Of a DNA stretch of 64,000 bases, positions 1 through 14,045 are shown piece after piece (the first letter of the stretch is position 1; the number at the start of each line of letters is the position of its first letter). Made by a program: the position numbers and the translations under genes. The DNA is taken from assembly GCF_000143415.4 (NCBI RefSeq), contig NW_003314276.1, positions 583,630 through 647,629 of the forward strand, in the 5' to 3' direction. Under the pieces are notes generated by a model that saw only the letters and a program-made list of their open reading frames with translations, was not told the DNA's origin and ran no database searches. The stretch comes from Selaginella moellendorffii. Taxonomy: Eukaryota > Plantae > Lycopodiophyta.

Positions 1-568
1 CAGCTGTGCACAGAGCTTCGAAGGTATGTTTTAATTCCTTGAGCCCCGGCGAGTGTTTACTCCTTTCCTTGCTTCTTCTTCTTTTTCAAGAGTGAGTTCG
101 ACACCATTTGCAAGGAGATGAAGGTAAGCTAGTAGCGTGCCTGCGGGTCTCTGATCAACTGTTTTGCGTTCCAGCTCAAATCTGTTCTTGCTGGCATTGA
201 CAAGAAAATTGCTCGTGCTGCCAAGAGGTACTCTACCGAGAGGGAGAGAGAGAGAGAGAGAGAGAAGAGAGATGGTAATTGCTGTTTCCAGGACAAGCGA
301 TGATCTAGGGGAGAAGAGATTTACACCTCCAAGTCTCATGGTTGTAAGTGGAGCGCTTGACGTGAAACAATCAGAAGTTGAAGAATTAAAGCGCCTTCTT
401 ATTGAGGTAGCATGGCCTTGTACCTGTGTGAGAACCAAAAGCACCGGCACTCTTGCAGGAAGAAGAGCACAAGTCTCAGCTGTGTGGCCGCATCGACGGT
501 ATGCGGGCTGAAATTGAAGCCATGGAAGGCGATGGTCTGCATGTTCCCGCGAATGTAAGTGATGCATA
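1..568 (+). CDS. 3' exons of an unidentified gene entering from the left
   Basis: Short GT-AG-bounded exons join to ...SEFDTICKEMK|LKSVLAGIDKKIARAAK|RTSDDLGEKRFTPPSLMVVSGALDVKQSEVEELKRLLIE|EEEHKSQLCGRID. The family is not recognised and the 3' end is uncertain. Confidence 0.45.
243..270. repeat. (GA)n microsatellite in an intron
   Basis: ggagagagagagagagagagagaagaga. Confidence 0.9.
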
Positions 569-739
569 ACATCCTGATTTCGAGTAATCTGTTTTGGATG
601 CAGTTGAGGCTACCTCTCTTGAGATCGTGAAGCCCTGAAGTGTATGTAGCGTAAAATCCTTCATTGCTCGTATTCTTTTTCATCTAGAAATACAAGTTTG
701 TGTACTGGCTGAAATCAGGTGAACTTGTGCGTTCTCCGT

Positions 740-2293
740 TCAGGAGGGCGATGGCGATGCGTGGGCAGACATGTCAACCGGGTACCTGTGCAGGCAATCC
801 AGCCAGGGGTTCCTGTACGGCTTGTCAAGGTTCCTGGTGGCCTTCCACACGACACTGTTGCACTTGAATCCAGAGCCAAAAGCTATCTGCCACACTCGGT
901 CGCCCCGCCTGATTCTCTCCTTGGCTTCGGAGTAGGCAAGCTCGTACCACAGCGAGCTGCTGGACGTGTTGCCAAACCGGTGGAGAGTCATCCTTGCAGG
1001 CTCCATATGCCAGCTTCCCAGCTGCAAGTTCTTCTGGATCTCGTCCAGGACGCCCCGACCTCCAGCATGGATGCAAAAGTGCTCGAATGCCAGCTTGAAG
1101 TCCGGAATGTAAGGCTTGACGTGCTTCATGTGGAGGATCCTTCGAGCCACGAGATGAGCCACGAAGATTGCCTGCTCCGAGATGGGAAGGACCAAGGGAC
1201 CCAAGGTGCTGATGTTGGTCTTGAGAGCTTCGCCGGCAACAGCCATGAGGTTCTTGGACAGCGATACCCCTCGCAAGCCGAGCTCGTCTTCCCTCTGCTC
1301 CACGCATCCAAACGACTTGTCGTCGGCCCCCTTGTGCGTCCTCACTGAATGAACCAGCTCGTACTTTGCACGGTGGCGGTCCCTTGTCCGGTTTGTGAGC
1401 AGAATTGCAGCGCCACCGATGCGAAACAAGCAGTTGGTGACGAGCATGGAGCGGTCGTTTCCCACGTACCAGTTCTGGGTGATGTTCTCGGTGCTGACGA
1501 TGAGCGCACACGAGTTGGGGTGAACTCGGAGCAGGTCCTTGGCGAGCTCGACGGAGATGAGGCCCGCACTGCATCCCATTCCGGCCAGGTTGAAGCTCTT
1601 GATGTTCCCGCGGAGCTTGTAGTGGTTGACGATCATAGCGGAGAGGGAGGGCGTTGGATTGAAGAGGCTGCAGTTGACGATGAGCATCCCAATGTCCTTG
1701 GGCTTGACGTGGGTCTTGTCCAGCACCTCGTCAATGGCTCCAAACATGACTTGCTCTGCCTCCCTTCTCGCCTGCCTCATACTCGGCTGGGTGCCAGGCT
1801 CGTCAAAAACAAATGCGGGCACGTACGTTTCGGGCCCCAGGCCCGAGCGCCACACCACCTTCTTCTGGAACTCGAGGCTGGCGTCGTTGAACTTGCCAGA
1901 CTTGGCAGCAAAGTCCTCAAGCACCTCCATGGAGCACTTGTACTTGTCGTCGGGCTTGTAGCAGGCGAAGTCCAGGAGGTAGACTCTTCGGGGGCGAGCC
2001 ATGAAGTAGACGGTGGCCAGGAAGACGAAGGCAGCGGAGCAGAAGAGCACGTTGATGAGGTTGAGGTGGAGGCTCTCCCACAGCAGCCATATGTGCTCTC
2101 GCCTCCCCACCCGTCCAATCTCGGCGGCGGCGGCCACCAAGAGTGGGAGCAAAGCCAGGTACATGAAATGCTTGAGCGCGTAGTGGTATCCCAGCTTGAC
2201 ATACTTGAGACTGACCGACTGCAAAAAGTCTGGGATCACCAAATGCTGCTGGATCCTGATTGCCACGCTCTTGCAACTATCATCGCCCGCCAT
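740..2293 (-). CDS. KCS: 3-ketoacyl-CoA synthase (very-long-chain fatty acid elongase), intronless
   Basis: 517-aa ORF with [17 protein letters not shown] (catalytic Cys), HFCIHAGG (His), FGNTSSSS (Asn) and [12 protein letters not shown]. Confidence 0.96.
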   Translation of the reverse strand: MAGDDSCKSVAIRIQQHLVIPDFLQSVSLKYVKLGYHYALKHFMYLALLPLLVAAAAEIGRVGRREHIWLLWESLHLNLINVLFCSAAFVFLATVYFMARPRRVYLLDFACYKPDDKYKCSMEVLEDFAAKSGKFNDASLEFQKKVVWRSGLGPETYVPAFVFDEPGTQPSMRQARREAEQVMFGAIDEVLDKTHVKPKDIGMLIVNCSLFNPTPSLSAMIVNHYKLRGNIKSFNLAGMGCSAGLISVELAKDLLRVHPNSCALIVSTENITQNWYVGNDRSMLVTNCLFRIGGAAILLTNRTRDRHRAKYELVHSVRTHKGADDKSFGCVEQREDELGLRGVSLSKNLMAVAGEALKTNISTLGPLVLPISEQAIFVAHLVARRILHMKHVKPYIPDFKLAFEHFCIHAGGRGVLDEIQKNLQLGSWHMEPARMTLHRFGNTSSSSLWYELAYSEAKERIRRGDRVWQIAFGSGFKCNSVVWKATRNLDKPYRNPWLDCLHRYPVDMSAHASPSPS

Positions 2294-2846
2294 GCCTCGA
2301 CTCTCGGGGAGCTGCTAAGAACTTAGGGTGCTAGGAGCGGTGCACGGGAGGGAGCACGCCGCGCCGCGCAACCGCTGCTCTCAAGGGAGATCCGATTCTA
2401 TCCTCTATCACGCTCTAAGTGGAGCCGTCGTAGTCCTTCCCGTGACGAGGCCGGTGTTCGAGGGGATTCATATGCCTAGGGGCCTCAGCCAGTGGGGCGC
2501 GCCAGCCACTATATTTGTGCCCCTCCCGCCAAAACTCCGCCTCCCACTTGCTCGTTTCGTTTTCTAGTTAATCACAACAATTATGGCAGCAATGACGCCC
2601 GGCTGCCACGTTGACTTGGAGAAAAGATCACACCGCACGAGAGATTCCTGACACCCAGGTTTTATAGTGCATTGACCCCCACTGTTGACCAGGCCGCCCA
2701 TGTCAACAAGTCGTCTGGCTTGCTTTGCGCAATGCCTCTCACTCACTCAACTCGCCAAAACGGCTGGCCTTTGTTTTTTACCTCCCTTTATAAAGTCCCA
2801 GCCATCCATCGCATCCGTCATCAACACCGCCAGGCCCTTCGCCTGC

Positions 2847-4950
2847 CTACTCGCGCTTGGCCTCCTCCATGTCATTCAAAGCCTTCTCGGCCCTGTCCAC
2901 TGCGTCTTGCAGCTGGCTCTCGGGCGGAAGCAGCCCCAGGAATGGCAGCGGAAGTAGCGACGACAGGTTGGTCACCAGTACTAACACGGCCAGATTGTCA
3001 AAATTGTGGCTTGACACGCCCAATAACTGTGTCAAGCCCGCACCCATGAGCCCCCCAAGCACCCCCGCGCCATTGCTGATAGACATGAGCGTTGCAAACA
3101 GCGTGGCTTCTACACCTGGCGGGCATAACTTGGCTGCCAGAACCAAGACTGGCATGAAAGAAACCTGTGGTACAACCAACACACAAAGAGTTAGCTCTTT
3201 CCCTCGGCTGGCACACATACAACTGTATGTATTTATTATGCACCTGGCCAAGGACGGTGAGCACTAACGAGTCCCCCATGGAAAACCATTCATCGCTAAT
3301 GCCCAAACTGCGATTCCAACCGTTGACAAGCATCAACTGCAGGCGTGCACGTCCGTCATCATCCGTGAATTGAAAACGCAAATCTAGATTTCTAGTTATC
3401 ACCTGCGTGCAACCCAATCCAACCCCCAGTAGCGTGGTCCAAAAGAACATTCTCCTGAGAGGCACATGCTTCAGCAAGCTGTTGTATACGCCCACTCCAG
3501 CAAGAGAAGCCATCGCAGTTATGAGCCGCACCCGCCCAAGGAACTCCGGTCCAAAACCCAGCTTGTTTGTTCTGCAAAACACATTGGTTAAACTAGTCGA
3601 GCAACACAAGCAGCTTACGTGAAGTAGAACATGGCGGTGTCGGAAGATGGGGTGGCCTGCCACAGAAATATAAACAGCGTGGGGAGAAAGATTGTTGGCT
3701 CCCGAACAGTCCTCCACAAACGTAAGCTTTGCTTCTTCGCGGATTGGAAGACACCATCTGATCGAAAGTCCACTCTGAGATCGTCAGCGGTACCGGACGT
3801 TTGGATATTCCAAGCCGGCTCTTCCTGTACAAGCCCGGCAACGGCTGACGTGATAAGTGGAAGAAGAGATGTGACGCCGAAAACAAACCTGCCTCTTCGG
3901 GATCAGACTGGAACGTGAAGCATGCTTAACCGTACCTCACACCATAAGTCTGAACAAAATAGCCACTGAAGTATGCACTGATAATGCCCCCAGCTGCCGA
4001 AGATCCCCAGCAGAGCGACTGAAGCGATCCAGACGTATCTTGCGATTCACCCCGTGCCCTCTCAACAACCATTGAGTCGACCACCTTCAAATTAGCATAG
4101 TTAGTTCTTCTCCTTACAACATCTGAGGCGCTACTTACAACATCTGAGAAAGCCACGGATAGAGAACTAAGGAAAATCATGGCCACGGCACCATACTTAT
4201 CGGTTACAAGCGCGGACAACGATCCCCACGAAACCGCTCCAAGAAGTCCGCAAAGTACAAGATATGATCGCCGCCTGTAACCAAACAGAGGGAGCCCGTC
4301 GCTGGCACGAGGAAGCACTGAAAGAATTAGTACTGAAGCGAAGCTGGTGCGATGATGGATCCCGCAAACCTTATAAAGCCATAGAGAGGCTTGACGAGCC
4401 ACGGGAAAGCAGAGAATCCAGATAGAATAGCTGTCTGATCAACGAGGCGAGGTTAACGAAAAGGAAACAGGACTGGCGGACTAACCTCTGCTGGATCGAG
4501 ATGAAGATCATCCTTGAGGAAGAAACTGACAGCAAGCCTGGAAAGTCCGAGAATGCCTTGGACAAAGTAGACCATGGTTATGGCAACTATGTCTGGAGAG
4601 AATTCCACTCCTAGAATGTGCTGCGACGCCTTGGTCTTGACAAGAGCGCTCCAGCGCCTGATTTCGCTTCCTAAGGAGCTCATGGCTGGCGGCTGCTCGG
4701 GAATGGAAGCGTGGTTGCCTTCCTCCTCTGGGGACAAAGATTGGAGTGTAAACAAAGAAGCACACACACACGTACCACCGTTGACGTGTTGCATTTCGAT
4801 GGTCCGATGCTTGTGATGATCTTGCTCCATTCTCCTGGCTGCACATACGATGACCCGCTGTACTCTTGCCGGCCTAGCTCGCACTCTCCGCCATGGCCTC
4901 TCAACCCTAACCCTAGAGCAGTAGCTGGGCGTGGCTACCACGGCTGCCAT
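2847..4950 (-). CDS. Folate-biopterin transporter (BT1 family), probably plastidic, multi-exon
   Basis: Exons encode [54 protein letters not shown] and [20 protein letters not shown]. The ATG at 4950 is followed by an Arg/Ala-rich transit-like sequence. Confidence 0.92.
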
Positions 4951-5343
4951 AGCGCGCCAACACCTTGCGTTTTCGCGTTTTATGCGCCCAGGAATCGAGC
5001 CAGGGCTGTTCTTCCTTTTAAAAACACAACCTAAATAACCGCCAACCAGAGGTGGCCAAGGCCGAGGGGCCGGACATGGGAAGCGCGGTGGACAAGGCCG
5101 AGCGGGCAGCGGAGGTAGGGCATTGCGGAGGGGCTGGAGCGAGGCAAAGCGTCGGAGAAGTTGCTGGAAGAGGACAGCCGCTTCGCAAGGGTGGCTTGCA
5201 GCGAGATTGGATTGGACACGGTGCAGGCTGCCAACGACAAGGCGGCCAAAACGATAGCTTTTCTGGAGCATCAAACACACGGGCTTGAGCATCCATCAAC
5301 TCGGGCCTTCGTTTACATGCACAACTTCTTTTCAGTAGCATCT

Positions 5344-6188
5344 TCACTGAGGTCTGTCCACACCTTCTTTTGCGGTTCCGCCATCGCCCTCACTCTCCGC
5401 AGCAGCAGCAGCAGCAGCAGCGGCAGCAGCTTCCCTCTCGGCAAGCTTCCGGCGGGCCAACTTGATGCTACGGGGCACGTAGATCCTGGGCTTGCGGATG
5501 TTGCGCGGCGGCATGGTCCACGGAACCAGGGGCTTGTCATCAAACGGATGCCTCTCGTCCGCAAACACCCTCAGCTTGAGCATCCGCCTCTGCAGCAAAG
5601 CAACCAATCACACTCTGAGCGGGTGCAACAACAGTCCTTACTCGGTGCAGCCTGTTGCGCGGCATCATCCGGAAGACGGCCTTGCGCAGCGGCAGCGTGG
5701 GATCCCTCTCGATCATGTGGTTGAGCTTTATCTGCTTGAGGTGCCCAATGTAGCTGCCACAAGGGAAGACAAAAAGAAAAAAAGACTATACGGATGCCAA
5801 GGCGGGCAGCAGCGTTACCCGGTGTGCCAGTAGTAGACCTTGTTCTTGAGCTTCCAGCCGCCGGTGTAGGTGATGTGCTTGGCATTGATCACCACGCAGA
5901 TATCTCCCTCGTCCTTGTTGGGGCTGTAGGTTGGCTTGTCCTTGCCCATGAGCACAATGGCCAGCTTGCTCGCCAGCCTCCCTAACACCTGCAAGCCCTG
6001 ATCAAGCCATGCCAGAGAGACGAGAGACGAGACCAAAACCTCTTTCTTGGCATCGATCAAGAGCCACCTCCGGCCTTCGGTCACCTGGGGAATCAGCCCC
6101 GCCCGCAGTTTCTGCCACAAGCCCACCGCATTGCTGCTCGCGTTTTCCAATCAGCGCTTACCCGCCAGGCCGCAGCGGCTGCAGCCAT
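5344..6188 (-). CDS. RPL13: Organellar (likely mitochondrial) ribosomal protein uL13, multi-exon
   Basis: The first exon MAAAAAAWR (ATG 6188) splices to KLRAGL..RRWLLIDAKKE|VLGRLASKLAIVLMGKDKPTYSP..GDICVVINAKHI..YYWHTG. The last exon contains KLRVFADERHPF and a poly-Ala tail. Confidence 0.92.
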
Positions 6189-6208
6189 CCCCTCGCTAAA
6201 GCCCTAGC

Positions 6209-6214
6209 AAAACC

Positions 6215-6217
<3 letters not shown>
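6209..6217. promoter_or_regulatory. Telo box (AAACCCTA) upstream of RPL13, overlapping the peroxidase stop codon
   Basis: aaaacccta at 6209-6217, with a second gcccta at 6201. Telo boxes are a known element near start sites of plant ribosomal-protein genes. Confidence 0.7.
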
Positions 6218-7470
<1,253 letters not shown>

Positions 7471-7627
7471 CTAGTCCTCACTGAAATATCTAATCGAAGG
7501 TATGTCACAAAAGCCTACTCTGGCTGTTGTGGTGTTGCTCGTCTCTGTAACTGTGCAGCACAAAAGACCATTCAATAGTATGAGCAACTCTTTTCTGGCT
7601 AGAAACACAACAAACTCTCACTCTCTT

Positions 7628-9146
7628 CTACTTGAGCACAGTAATTTGAACTTTACACCTGCACGGGACTGCCTCGCAGATCCTGGTGGACACAACCTCA
7701 AGCTCGATGGTGCGACCTTTCAATGCAAACTTTTTCGTGCTCGACTTCCTGCCTTTTACCAGCCTAGCTCGACGACTCCAGCCTCTTGACACTTTACCTT
7801 CTCTCTTGCTAACAATCACCTTACCAGTGCCGCTCGCCTCGGCCCTTGCGAGCCTGAAAGTTCTCGAGCGCGACCCTGGCCGCCTTGAATCCTTGGCTGT
7901 AGCAGCCGTCGTCACCTGCTTTGTCACCAGCGCTGCGGAAACACTCGATGGCCTCGCCCTTGGATCGTCCTCTTTCTTCTGGCACTGCCTGAAAGCAGAT
8001 GTCTTGGCAGCTCCGCCTTGTCCCTCGATCAACCACCTAAAAGCTAGGAAAATGTAGCCTTGAACAAGATAGACAGATGGCTTACTTCTCCCACAGCTTC
8101 TTGCCCTGCTGGACGTGTCTGTCCATCTCGTCGCAGCACTGCACAAAACAACTCATGGAGTTATGAAGTTTCCTAAGCTAGAAAACAAACTTGTTCCCAG
8201 TGCTGCGTGCAAGGGGCGATCGTCAAATATCGCCAGCAGATGAAATTGTAAGACTCAACGTTGTGCTCCACCTGCACCGACGCGAAACAGATCGCAAGCC
8301 TTAGACAACGAGCAGAGTGTGTGTACCGGAAGGCCAATGCGTATCTTGAGCACAGTGTGCATGTGGTTCTCGTATGCTCGCTTGTAGTTCTCGACAATGC
8401 TCGATATACTGTAAGCTAAAAGCCAGTGTTTGAGGGAGAGCGATATTGAGCATCCTTACTTGTCGTAGTCGAACTCCTTGTTCATGAGGTCCGTCCGCCG
8501 GCTTATCCCAAAGGCGCCATACTTGTCCCCGTAGCGAACCAGTAAGACTATATGTTGGTGCACCTGTACTTTAGTATACATTCGACCATCAGTCTATCGG
8601 ATCCACGGAAGAGAGAAGCATTTTGTATGGCACCTTGTCGTCCTCTTGTGTCTTGAAACTCAAAGGGATGCGCTCAACATCCTGCATGCCTGCCTGCGCA
8701 CGAGTAAGGAAAAGCTGTCTGAGTTGCACCTGGCACAAGAACCTTACTGTGAGATACAGCGCGAGAAAAACTGCTTCCACGCACTTGATCGGTTGTGGTG
8801 AATAGATCATCTGAGAAACATACACGCGAGAAGCATACCCATGAGAACGATGTAGTTGCTTACCATCTTCGCAGTGTCCATGATGCGTGACAGTGGTCTG
8901 AACTTGTGAGAGTTGAAGCTGGTTGTCGGTGTTTGCTTGTACTCAAACGAATTTATGTACTGCAATCCGAACATCAGGCATCCATCCGTATTCGTCCTCG
9001 CATGACAAAATTCAAACACTTACGTGCTGGATCGCTTTGAGACGCGCTGGAGCAGGAAACTTGAAGAAATTATTGGGGAGCTGAGGCCTCTTAGCTGCTG
9101 TTGCCGAAGGATGAGCGCCAACTCCAGCTGCAATCGCGGCTTCCAT
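7628..9146 (-). CDS. VASH: Vasohibin-like tubulin tyrosine carboxypeptidase (transglutaminase-like cysteine protease), about 9 exons; 5' end may extend to about 9362
   Basis: The spliced product ARLKAIQHYINSFEYKQ..HKFRPLSRIMDTAKMMIYSPQPIKCVEAVFLALYLTAGMQDVERIPLSFKT..QHIVLLVRYGDKYGAFGISRRTDLMNK..HTVLKIRIGLPVEH..ICWR parallels human VASH1 (ERLEAVQRYI, PIKCLEAVILGIYLT, RHIVLG, YGALGMSRREDLM). Confidence 0.9.
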
Positions 9147-9635
9147 GCTGAGAGAAAAAAGCGCACTTTAGCTAGTCCGAAATACGGTATACTTGAGATG
9201 AGAGTTCGGCACCTGTCCATTCCTCGAAACCTTTGGCAACTACAGTCTGAGGTGTCCCATCCCTGAAAGCAGGCACTTTGCTTGAGTCACTATCATGAGG
9301 AGTAGCAACAACGAGGGCAAACGCATCGAAAACTCATCCACGACAGCATCTCTATAGAGCATACTCCAAACCACGGCCGCATTTCCAATGAACCAGCCGA
9401 GCAGCCGATATCGACACAAATGGAGGACCCCTTCTTGCTTACTTCCGTTATCTACACCATAGCCCGGACTAGACCAGAGAGAGCGGGAGAGAGGAACCTC
9501 TTGGGCGCCGGCACTCCACAGACGAGGACAGCCGTGGGATAAGTGGCTGGGGCCACGTGTCACGCTTGCGCGTAACAGATGACGCTTGATGCTTGCTGAC
9601 TCAACCAGATATAGATCCCCGGAGCATATTCCCAT

Positions 9636-10398
9636 TCAAACTTGAATGAGCCGCGAGCAAACGTCCCCGATGGAAACACCCGATTGCTTGTCGTCCCTCC
9701 GCTCTTCTCCGTGAATCGATGACGACCCCGCTGCGAAGGACTGGTGGGGATTGCAAATCACGAACGCGAGCTGGCCCTGCTCGTTGAAACCGGCGGAGCC
9801 GGATGCCCAGACCAGGCCATCCGTCTGGATCCTCAAGAACTTGTCCTCCTTCACCGTCACTCTCCCCTCTCCGAGCGCTGCACTGGACTTGGAGCCCATC
9901 TTGCTCCCCCTGGGATACCCCAGAATGTACACCTTAGAGCCCGCCTCCAGTGATTGCCTAGAGATCTTGGAGGCGTCGGACATGAGCGGCGACACGTCTG
10001 ATGTCGTGATGGGGTCGCAAGCGACGAGTGTCAGGTCCAAGTCCCTGTTGGTCACGAAGAATCTGCAAACAAAGATCATCATCTTCCCATTTATGAATTC
10101 GAACGGCATCGCACCTCTGAGGCCACAACTTGAGCTCGAGCGACGCGGCTGGAGGAGTACGGACGTTGACGGTTGCACCTTCCGCAGCCGCTGGATCCGG
10201 AAACGTAGAACTGGTTGTCAAGATGACATCCTTGCTGATGATAATCCCAAACCCATCGCTGCTGTCGACGCTAACCACGGAACTCCCCCTAGCGATCAAG
10301 CTCTTCTTGACTTCGTCTTCGTTGATCGGTGAGGGTGCCACGATCTCTCCGGCGGAAGCCGGCGGAACCACACAGCACAGCTTGTTCAGTGTGTCCAT
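9636..10398 (-). CDS. Plant trypsin-like-fold protein (At3g07210-like family), paralog A, 2 exons
   Basis: GFGIIISKDVILTT..PQR|FFVTNRDLDLTLVAC..KVYILGY..GEGRV..TDGLVWASGSAGFNEQGQLAFVICNP; intron 10063-10114. Confidence 0.75.
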
Positions 10399-10607
10399 CC
10401 GCAAGCACAACCGAATGGGAGGCGCTCGGCCTCACGTGAACGCGAAGCCTAACCGTCACCGTTGCTGCGCTGGAGCCACCTGAATCGTCCCTCGGCGGCT
10501 GGCGGTTAGAGGTGGTGTGATATGGCACCTGATCCAAGAGTCGCACCATCGTAGAAACAAAAAGAAAGACCAGACCAGGGACTCCAGCAAATGACACACC
10601 GATCACG

Positions 10608-12378
10608 ATGCGCATGAAGCTGCTGCCCAAGGGGATCAAAATCTTCTCCAAGAAACAAAGGCTAAAACTGCGTAACTTGTGTTGCTTCGCGCCATCCTCC
10701 TCCTGCAAAAAGGACGAGGGCGGTCGAAACGAAGAGCAGAACCAGGGTGGAAAACAGACTCCAGACAAATGCGACAAGCACGACAAGAAGCACACTAAGA
10801 AAGGCAAAGATGTTGTGCAGCCCGATACCTCTGTGAAGGGTGTAGTCGCAACAAAAAAGCCGTCCATTGTTCTGCTGAGCCACCTGAACAACGGGACCGA
10901 AGATGGCGAAGGAATTGGAGTCATTATACGAAAGAATGTCATACTCACCAGCCATGGAACCATACCCAGCGTCAGCAGTGCCAAAGAAGGCGAGATGGCC
11001 CTCAGCTACCCCGCCATGGGTTGCTGTCCCACGCAAACCACCTTGAAACAAAAGCTCCTGCCAAGCAAGTAAGGAAGCAAAATCCAAAATCCAAAATCAC
11101 TCACCTCTGTGCTTGCTTTGCAGATTTTTTATCACCAATCCTGCACTTGACATTACGGCTATTGCCTGTGACGACGTCTCTCCAGTAGTTCCACTCAACA
11201 TAGAACTCAGCCAAGGTAGAGGCCCAATAGGAGTCGATGCCAAGGTGTACATCCTGGGTGCACCTCAAGGGAGCAAGCCGTCGACTTCGAGGAACTTGAA
11301 AGTTGGCGAGGGGCGGGTAACCATGGAAGGAGACTCGATCGTCAAGTTCTCCACGGAGGGAGAAGCCTGGCTTTCTGGATCGGCCGGTTTCACCAGGCAA
11401 GGCCAGTTTGCGTTCATGGTGTGCCAGCCAAGAAGATTCAGCCGAGCTGCTTCGATGGAGAGCTTCACTTCTGCCGCATCGTCATCGTCACAACGAAGGA
11501 GCTCTGTGAAGCAGTCGAGTGTTGCCCTTCGCGAGATACTCCGCTGGTTGGAAGACGGTATGCCTTCTTCTAAATCTCCTATGGAACACCACCAGCAACA
11601 GGCTCACCACGATCGAGATCGTCTGCACCAGCATCTCCAACACAATCCAAAAAGTCCGCCACCCCTAGAACACGACATTGAGGTGCGGCTCTCAACTTCC
11701 CCTTGTTACCACCACCTTGAAAGTCCTAGAAGCTGTGCAAGCGCCGGGCTCAACCCGCGTCAACCTGGTATATCATATCCTGCCACTCCCAGCACCAAGT
11801 CCAGCCCTCGATGCAGTCCTAGGCGGAGAAGTCCAAATCCCAGAAGGCCAGGAGTCTCGTATTCAATATCGCCTTTAACATCTGCTCGAAGCCGGAGATC
11901 GAGCCAGACATCCAGTAGAAGAGGATCACCCTGCTATAGAATGTCACCTCCATGCTGCCTATCGTCAGGAAAGCGTTCTCCAATCCCACTTTCAAGCTGC
12001 TGCCTGGGTCGATCATACGAGGACAGTGACTGTGATCGGCAACGGGAGATTGACGACAAGTTCCAAGACTTTCTCGACAGCCCAGAGTTTGAGCCACCAC
12101 CTTGTCCATTATCTGGATCGTCTTCGGAAGAAGACGCATGTAGTGCTATGGTTTACTCGTCACCAAGAGGAAGACCCAGGTCTGTGGCGGCAACCAAAAA
12201 GCAAATCTTTAAGGGACCAGTTCACAGGCCGCTCAAAGTCAGAATGAGTACTGATGAATGCGGAGCGTCAGACGGTGAAGTGTACGTGGGTGTAGGCTAC
12301 ATGAAACATACACATGTTTCCAGGTGCAAGGCAAATCAGAAAGTCGGCCTACCTGGTTACACCGTATGGCACCACTAG
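10608..12378 (+). CDS. Plant trypsin-like-fold protein (At3g07210-like family), paralog B, 2 exons, with a long Ser/Pro/Arg-rich tail
   Basis: GIGVIIRKNVILTSHGTIPS..PSK|FFITNPALDITAIAC..KVYILG..VGEGRV..STEGEAWLSGSAGFTRQGQFAFMVCQP. Confidence 0.78.
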
Positions 12379-12505
12379 AAATGCTCGAGGTAGAACAAGG
12401 AAGAGAGAAACATTAATCAACACAAAATAAGCATGTACAGAAATAAATCTATCGTCACTCAACCGATACGTACAAGCAAACTTAGCTTCTCAGAATCTGT
12501 AGACA

Positions 12506-14045
12506 CTATGCCGGTTTGAGATACTTGTCCACATATCCCTGATCGAAAGACAAAAGAACACCACATAAGCTTCAGACAGCGATGTAGCATTGATTACCTG
12601 AACAAGTTTGGAGATTTTTGGACGAGAAAATTCGATGAAATGATCGACTTTCTCAGGAGTCTTTGGAATGTGATTACCTTCCAAAGTACCTACCACCTTG
12701 TCCACAGCCTTCTTTGCAATAGTCTTGTATACGTCTTTGCTCATTTTTCCTTCCTTCCACCTGGGTTGGAGACAGTCTTTGACACACTCAGTCACCGCTA
12801 CCCTCACTAGCATTGCGGCTTTACTGTCTTTGGCCTTCTTCTTCTTAGTCTTCTTTTGGCCGCTCTTTTCATCTGCCTCAGCGTCCAGGTCTGCATCAGG
12901 CTCGTCAGCGCTTTCTGCAATCTGTGGGGAATCCTTGTCCATCTCAGGCTCAGGCATCTTTGCGCCACTCGCGTCTTGATGCCCCTCATCATGTTTTGCA
13001 CCGGGCATATCGGGACTTATAGCCTCCATCAAAGGTTCCCCCAAGCTCATGGATGTAGTAATATGGTCTTGTTGCCGCGGTGGTGGAATAAAAGCGCCAA
13101 ATGGAGGAATAAATGGCGGCGGCGGCAGCGGGGGCGTTAGTTGATACTGGTACAGTGTGTTTTGTTCTGGAGGATGCACTGCTACTGCTGGTGGTGGTAT
13201 CCAAACTTGCTGTTGGGAGTCATTTACGCCCATGTAGCTGGTGCCTCCTCCGTAAGGTGGAGGCAAATGGTTAACTTGCCCGTTCTCTGGCATCATCGAG
13301 GTGTGTGTTTGTTCCTGCAGTCTAGGACCCTCGTCAAGCTTGCGAGCTCTCTCTCTTCCATGGTAATCCGCGGCATTTCTCCTCCCTTCGCCATCGTCGT
13401 GGATATACTTGCATGAAGATCCTTTGGTGCAGCTTCCTCGGGAATAGTCGTAGCATATCTGTCGGTTCCTCTCTACATTAGCCCTTGGATCGCCACGCTT
13501 GTGCGGCACGGGGCTCCTACTCCGGCTGCGACTTCTACGACTGCAACAACATTGGAGCATTTGAGTTGAGCAGGACCAGTAGCCTACGAGCTAGATACCT
13601 GTTCCTTCGGGGAGACCTGCTTCGGCTCCGGTTGTTTCTTCTACGTGGATCGGAGGAGGGACTTTGCCGCTTGCTCCTTTTGTGCGGCCTCTCACCGGCA
13701 TCAGAATCAGCGCCTTGTTTCAGGTCCGAAGTTCTAGCGGATTCCTCGGTTGGTTCCCGTCTTCTCCGGGCTCCTTCCCCGTTGCTGTTGTTTTGAGACG
13801 CTCCCATGTTTAGCTCGGCATCGGATCCATGGCTCGCTCTCGTGCGCTCCCGGTCGCTCTTGGGTCGCCTGCTATCTGGCAAATGCAAACACCAATGCCC
13901 GAGTTGCTGGCCGCGAAACCAAACAAGAAAAAAGAAAAGAAAACCTTTCCTTGGCGTGCTGCTGGCGGCACCTACATTCTCCGCTCCTAAAATCACCACT
14001 GATTCAGACAAAGCAGCGGCTGGTACGTGTGTTAGTACCTTCCAT
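12506..14045 (-). CDS. RS-rich CCCH zinc-finger protein with a C-terminal SRI-like domain (C3H38/55-like)
   Basis: RSRSRSP repeats, [19 protein letters not shown] and [30 protein letters not shown]. The last exon is [10 protein letters not shown]. The start ATG at 14045 is inferred from splice phase. Confidence 0.82.

Noticed and set aside
719-2326. Long plus-strand ORFs opposite KCS (similar ones lie opposite PLA1, the PPRs and GT47)
   Set aside because: These are antisense shadows caused by GC-rich codon bias and carry no recognisable motifs.
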